Below, piece by piece: positions 61,101-64,000 of a stretch of 64,000 bases of DNA. Made by a program: the position numbers and the translations under genes. Positions within the stretch are counted from its first letter, which is position 1. The number at the start of each line of letters is the position of its first letter. Below the pieces are notes generated by a model. It saw nothing but the letters and a program-made list of their open reading frames with translations, ran no database searches and was not told the origin of the DNA. This stretch comes from Eledone cirrhosa. Its lineage: Eukaryota. Location: assembly GCA_964016885.1 (NCBI GenBank), contig CAXHJY010000161.1, positions 124,001 to 188,000 on the forward strand, given 5' to 3'.

Positions 61101-64000
61101 AACAGCAACAACTACAACAACACTGGCACTGACAGAGAAAACAGCAACAACAACAACACTGGCACTGACACAGAAAACAGCAACAACTACAACAACACTG
61201 GCACTGACAGAGAAAACAGCAACAACTACAACAACACTGGCACTGACAGAGAAAACAGCAACAACTACAACAACACTGGCACTGACACTGAAAAAAGCAA
61301 CAACTACAACAACACTGGCACTGACACAGAAAACAGCAACAACTACAACACTGGCACTGACAGAGAAAACAGCAACAACAACAACACTGGCACTGACACA
61401 GAAAACAGCAACAACTACAACAACACTGGCACTGACAGAGAAAACAGCAACAACTACAACAACACTGGCACTGACAGAGAAAACAGCAACAACTACAACA
61501 ACACTGGCACTGACAGAGAAAACAGCAACAACTACAACAACACTGGCACTGACACTGAAAAAAGCAACAACTACAACAACACTGGCACTGACACAGAAAA
61601 CAGCAACAACTACAACACTGGCACTGACAGAGAAAACAGCAACAACAACAACACTGGCACTGACACAGAAAACAGCAACAACTACAACAACACTGGCACT
61701 GACAGAGAAAACAGCAACAACTACAACAACACTGGCACTGACAGAGAAAACAGCAACAACTACAACAACACTGGCACTGACACTGAAAAAAGCAACAACT
61801 ACAACAACACTGGCACTGACACAGAAAACAGCAACAACTACAACAACACTGGCAGTGACACAGAAAAGAGCAACAACAACAACACTGGCACTGACACAGA
61901 AAACAGCAACAACAAAAACACTGGCACTGACAGAGAAAACAGCAACAACAACAACAACACCGGCACTGACACAGAAAACAGCAACAACTACAACAACACT
62001 GGCACTGACAGAGAAGACAGCAACAACTACAACAACACTGGCACTGACAGAGAAAACAGCAACAACAACAACACTGGCACTGACACAGAAAACAGCAACA
62101 ACTACAACACTGGCACTGACAGAGAAAACAGCAACAACTACAACAACACTGGCACTGACAGAGAAAACAGCAACAGCAACAACACTGGCACTGACAGTGA
62201 AAACAGCAACAACTACAACAACACTGGCACTGACACAGAAAACAGCAACAACTACAACAACACTGGCACTGACAGAGAAAACAGCAACAACTACAACAAC
62301 ACTGGCACTGACACAGAAAACAGCAACAACTACAACAACACTGGCACTGACAGAGAAAACAGCAACAACAACACTGGCACTGACACAGAAAACAGCAACA
62401 ACTACAGCAACACTGGCACTGACAGAGAAAACAGCAACAACTACAACAACACTGGCACTGACAGAGAAAACAGCAACAACTACAACAACACTGGCACTGA
62501 CAGAGAAAACAGCAACAACTACAACAACACTGGCACTGACACTGAAAAAAGCAACAACTACAACAACACTGGCACTGACACAGAAAACAGCAACAATTAC
62601 AACAACACTGGCACTGACACAGAAAACAGCAACAACAACACTGGCACTGACACAGAAAACAGCAACAACAAAAACACTGGCACTGACAGAGAAAACAGAA
62701 ACAACAACCACACTGGCACTGACAGAGAAAACAGCAACAACAACAACACCGGCACTGACACAGAAAACAGCAACAACTACAACAACACTGGCACTGACAG
62801 AGAAAACAGCAACAATTACAACAACACTGGCACTGACAGAGAAAACAGCAACAACAACAACACTGGCACTGACACAGAAAACAGCAACAACTACAACACT
62901 GGCACTGACAGAGAAAACAGCAACAACTACAACAACACTGGCACTGACACAGAAAACAGCAACAACTACAACAACACTGGCACTGACAGAGAAAACAGCA
63001 ACAACTACAACAACACTGGCACTGACACAGAAAACAGCAACAACTACAACAACACTGGCACTGACAGAGAAAACAGCAACAACAACACTGGCACTGACAC
63101 AGAAAACAGCAACAACTACAGCAACACTGGCACTGACAGAGAAAAAGCAACAACTACAACAACACTGGCACTGACAGAGAAAACAGCAACAACTACAACA
63201 ACACTGGCACTGACACAGAAAACAGCAACAACTACAACAACACTGGCACTGACACAGAAAACAGCAACAACCACAACAACACTGGCACTGACACAGAAAA
63301 CAGCAACAACAACAACACTGGCACTGACAGAGAAAACAGCAACAACTAAAACAACACCGGCACTGACACAGAAAACAGCAACAACTACAACAACACTGGC
63401 ACGGAAAACAGCAACAGCAACAACAACACTGGCACTGACACAGAAAACAGCAACAACAGCAACAACAACCGTGGCACTGACACAGAAAACAGCAACAACA
63501 GCAACAATAACACTGGCACTGGCACAGAAAACAGCAACAGCAATACTGGAACTGACACAGAAAACAGCAACAGTAACAACAACAACACTGGCACTGACAC
63601 AGAAAACAGCAACAACAACAACACTGGCACAGACACAGAAAACAGCAACAACAACAACACTGGCACTGACAGAGAAAACAGCAACAACTACAACACTGAC
63701 ACTGACAGAGAAAGCAGCAACAACAACAACACTGTCACTGACAGAGAAAACAGCAACAACTAAAACAACACTGGCACTGACAGAGAAAACAACAACAACT
63801 ACAACACTGGCACTGACAGAGAAAACACCAACAACAACAACACTGGCACTGACAAAGAAAACAGCAACAACTACAACAACACTGGCACTGACACAGAAAA
63901 CAGCAACAACTACAACAAAACTGGCACTGACAGAGAAAACAGCAACAACTAAAACAACACTGGCACTGACACAGAAAACAGCAACAACAACACTGGCACT
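55200..64000 (+). repeat. HOR domain E: ~3.6 kb unit, two complete copies plus a truncated third
   Basis: ACCGTGG is at 56251, 59884 and 63468 (+3633, +3584). CAGGCACTG is at 57274/60907 (+3633) and GAGAAG at 58387/62011 (+3624). Confidence 0.88.

Larger units (their letters stand above)
41595..62711 (-). other. Very long stop-free Val-rich frame (VVVVVAVFS/CVSAS)n, 7038 codons; judged non-coding
   Basis: Listed in the ORF track. The same frame is open at 13299-27020, 27227-31537 and 30345-41009 and is ended only by frameshifts. Of its consensus codons only TGT is one substitution from a stop, so openness is expected without selection. Confidence 0.6.
1..64000 (+). repeat. Tandem minisatellite/satellite array, 36-39 bp monomer CTGGCACTGACA[G/C]AGAAAACAGCAACAAC(T/A)ACAACA(ACA), about 1,700 copies, single orientation, truncated by both window ends
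   Basis: The core CTGGCACTGACA(C/G)AGAAAACAGCA recurs every ~30-48 bp from the first line to the last, followed by a variable (ACA)n/ACT tract. No non-repeat sequence was seen. Copy number is estimated as 64000/~37.5. Confidence 0.99.

Noticed and set aside
13299-62711. Giant Val-rich minus-strand ORFs as membrane proteins, or as a DRT2/Neo-like endless ORF
   Set aside because: Only the TGT codon is one step from a stop, so the frame stays open neutrally. The product would be implausibly hydrophobic, the starts are TTG/GTG-type repeat codons, and there is no reverse transcriptase or ncRNA. HOR structure points to recombination rather than templated synthesis.
5925-63153. Cys-rich ORFs (CQCQCCCSCCCFL)n as metallothionein or keratin-associated proteins
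   Set aside because: They are the exact antisense of the Thr frame (ACA gives TGT), are interrupted by recurrent TGA, and their boundaries just follow repeat variants.
30-63174. Antifreeze glycoprotein or a named mucin gene
   Set aside because: It lacks (Thr-Ala-Ala)n periodicity, has almost no Pro or Ser, shows no signal, vWD, CysD or SEA domain, and carries amplified in-frame stops.
310-63687. Short Leu-rich minus-strand ORFs as signal or transmembrane peptides
   Set aside because: They are runs of monomers lacking the ACT triplet whose antisense gives TAG, so their lengths simply reflect monomer composition.
1-64000. CRISPR array (repeat-like length of 36-39 bp)
   Set aside because: There are no unique spacers, only (ACA)n tails, and no palindrome, leader or cas gene.
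1-64000. Third plus frame HWH*(Q/H)RKQQQLQQ read with TGA=Trp/Sec, or all stops reassigned
   Set aside because: With only TGA reassigned, frequent TAA/TAG remain. The apparent synonymy of common variants under tables 27/28 is explained by ordinary A>G and C>T transitions in ACA repeats.
1-64000. Telomerase-synthesised repeat, tRNA/rRNA genes or transposons
   Set aside because: Kilobase blocks sharing rare substitutions imply DNA-level duplication, not copying from one short template. No structured RNA, terminal repeats, target-site duplications or enzyme-coding sequence were seen.

Overview
The whole 64 kb is one uninterrupted, head-to-tail tandem array (minisatellite/satellite) of roughly 1,700 monomers, with no unique DNA, inversion or inserted element, and it runs off both ends. 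The consensus monomer is 39 bp, CTGGCACTGACA[G/C]AGAAAACAGCAACAACTACAACAACA, with common 36-bp and rarer 30/33/42/48-bp variants that almost all differ by multiples of 3. The GAG-allele consensus is strongly strand-asymmetric (19 A, 11 C, 6 G, 3 T) and has no CpG. Rare variant monomers show a patchwork of higher-order repeats (HORs): ~2.5 kb (0.3-4.4 kb), a long/short dimeric ~4.5 kb unit (4.4-26.9 kb), ~5.7 kb (29-40.7 kb), 1.3/1.7 kb (43-47.6 kb), 3.36 kb (48-54.9 kb) and ~3.6 kb (55-64 kb). Every listed ORF is a reading frame of this monomer (Thr-rich LALT[E/Q]KTATTTTT, Asn-rich, Val-rich, Cys-rich, Leu-rich). I cannot support any as a real gene, and I see no RNA gene, CRISPR array or mobile element. 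The most noteworthy patterns are the near-perfect 3n phase conservation (7 frameshifts found, all single-copy) and a periodic TAA-147 bp-ATG arrangement that cuts the Thr frame into gene-like cassettes. The host is not identifiable; non-coding eukaryotic satellite DNA is the most parsimonious reading.
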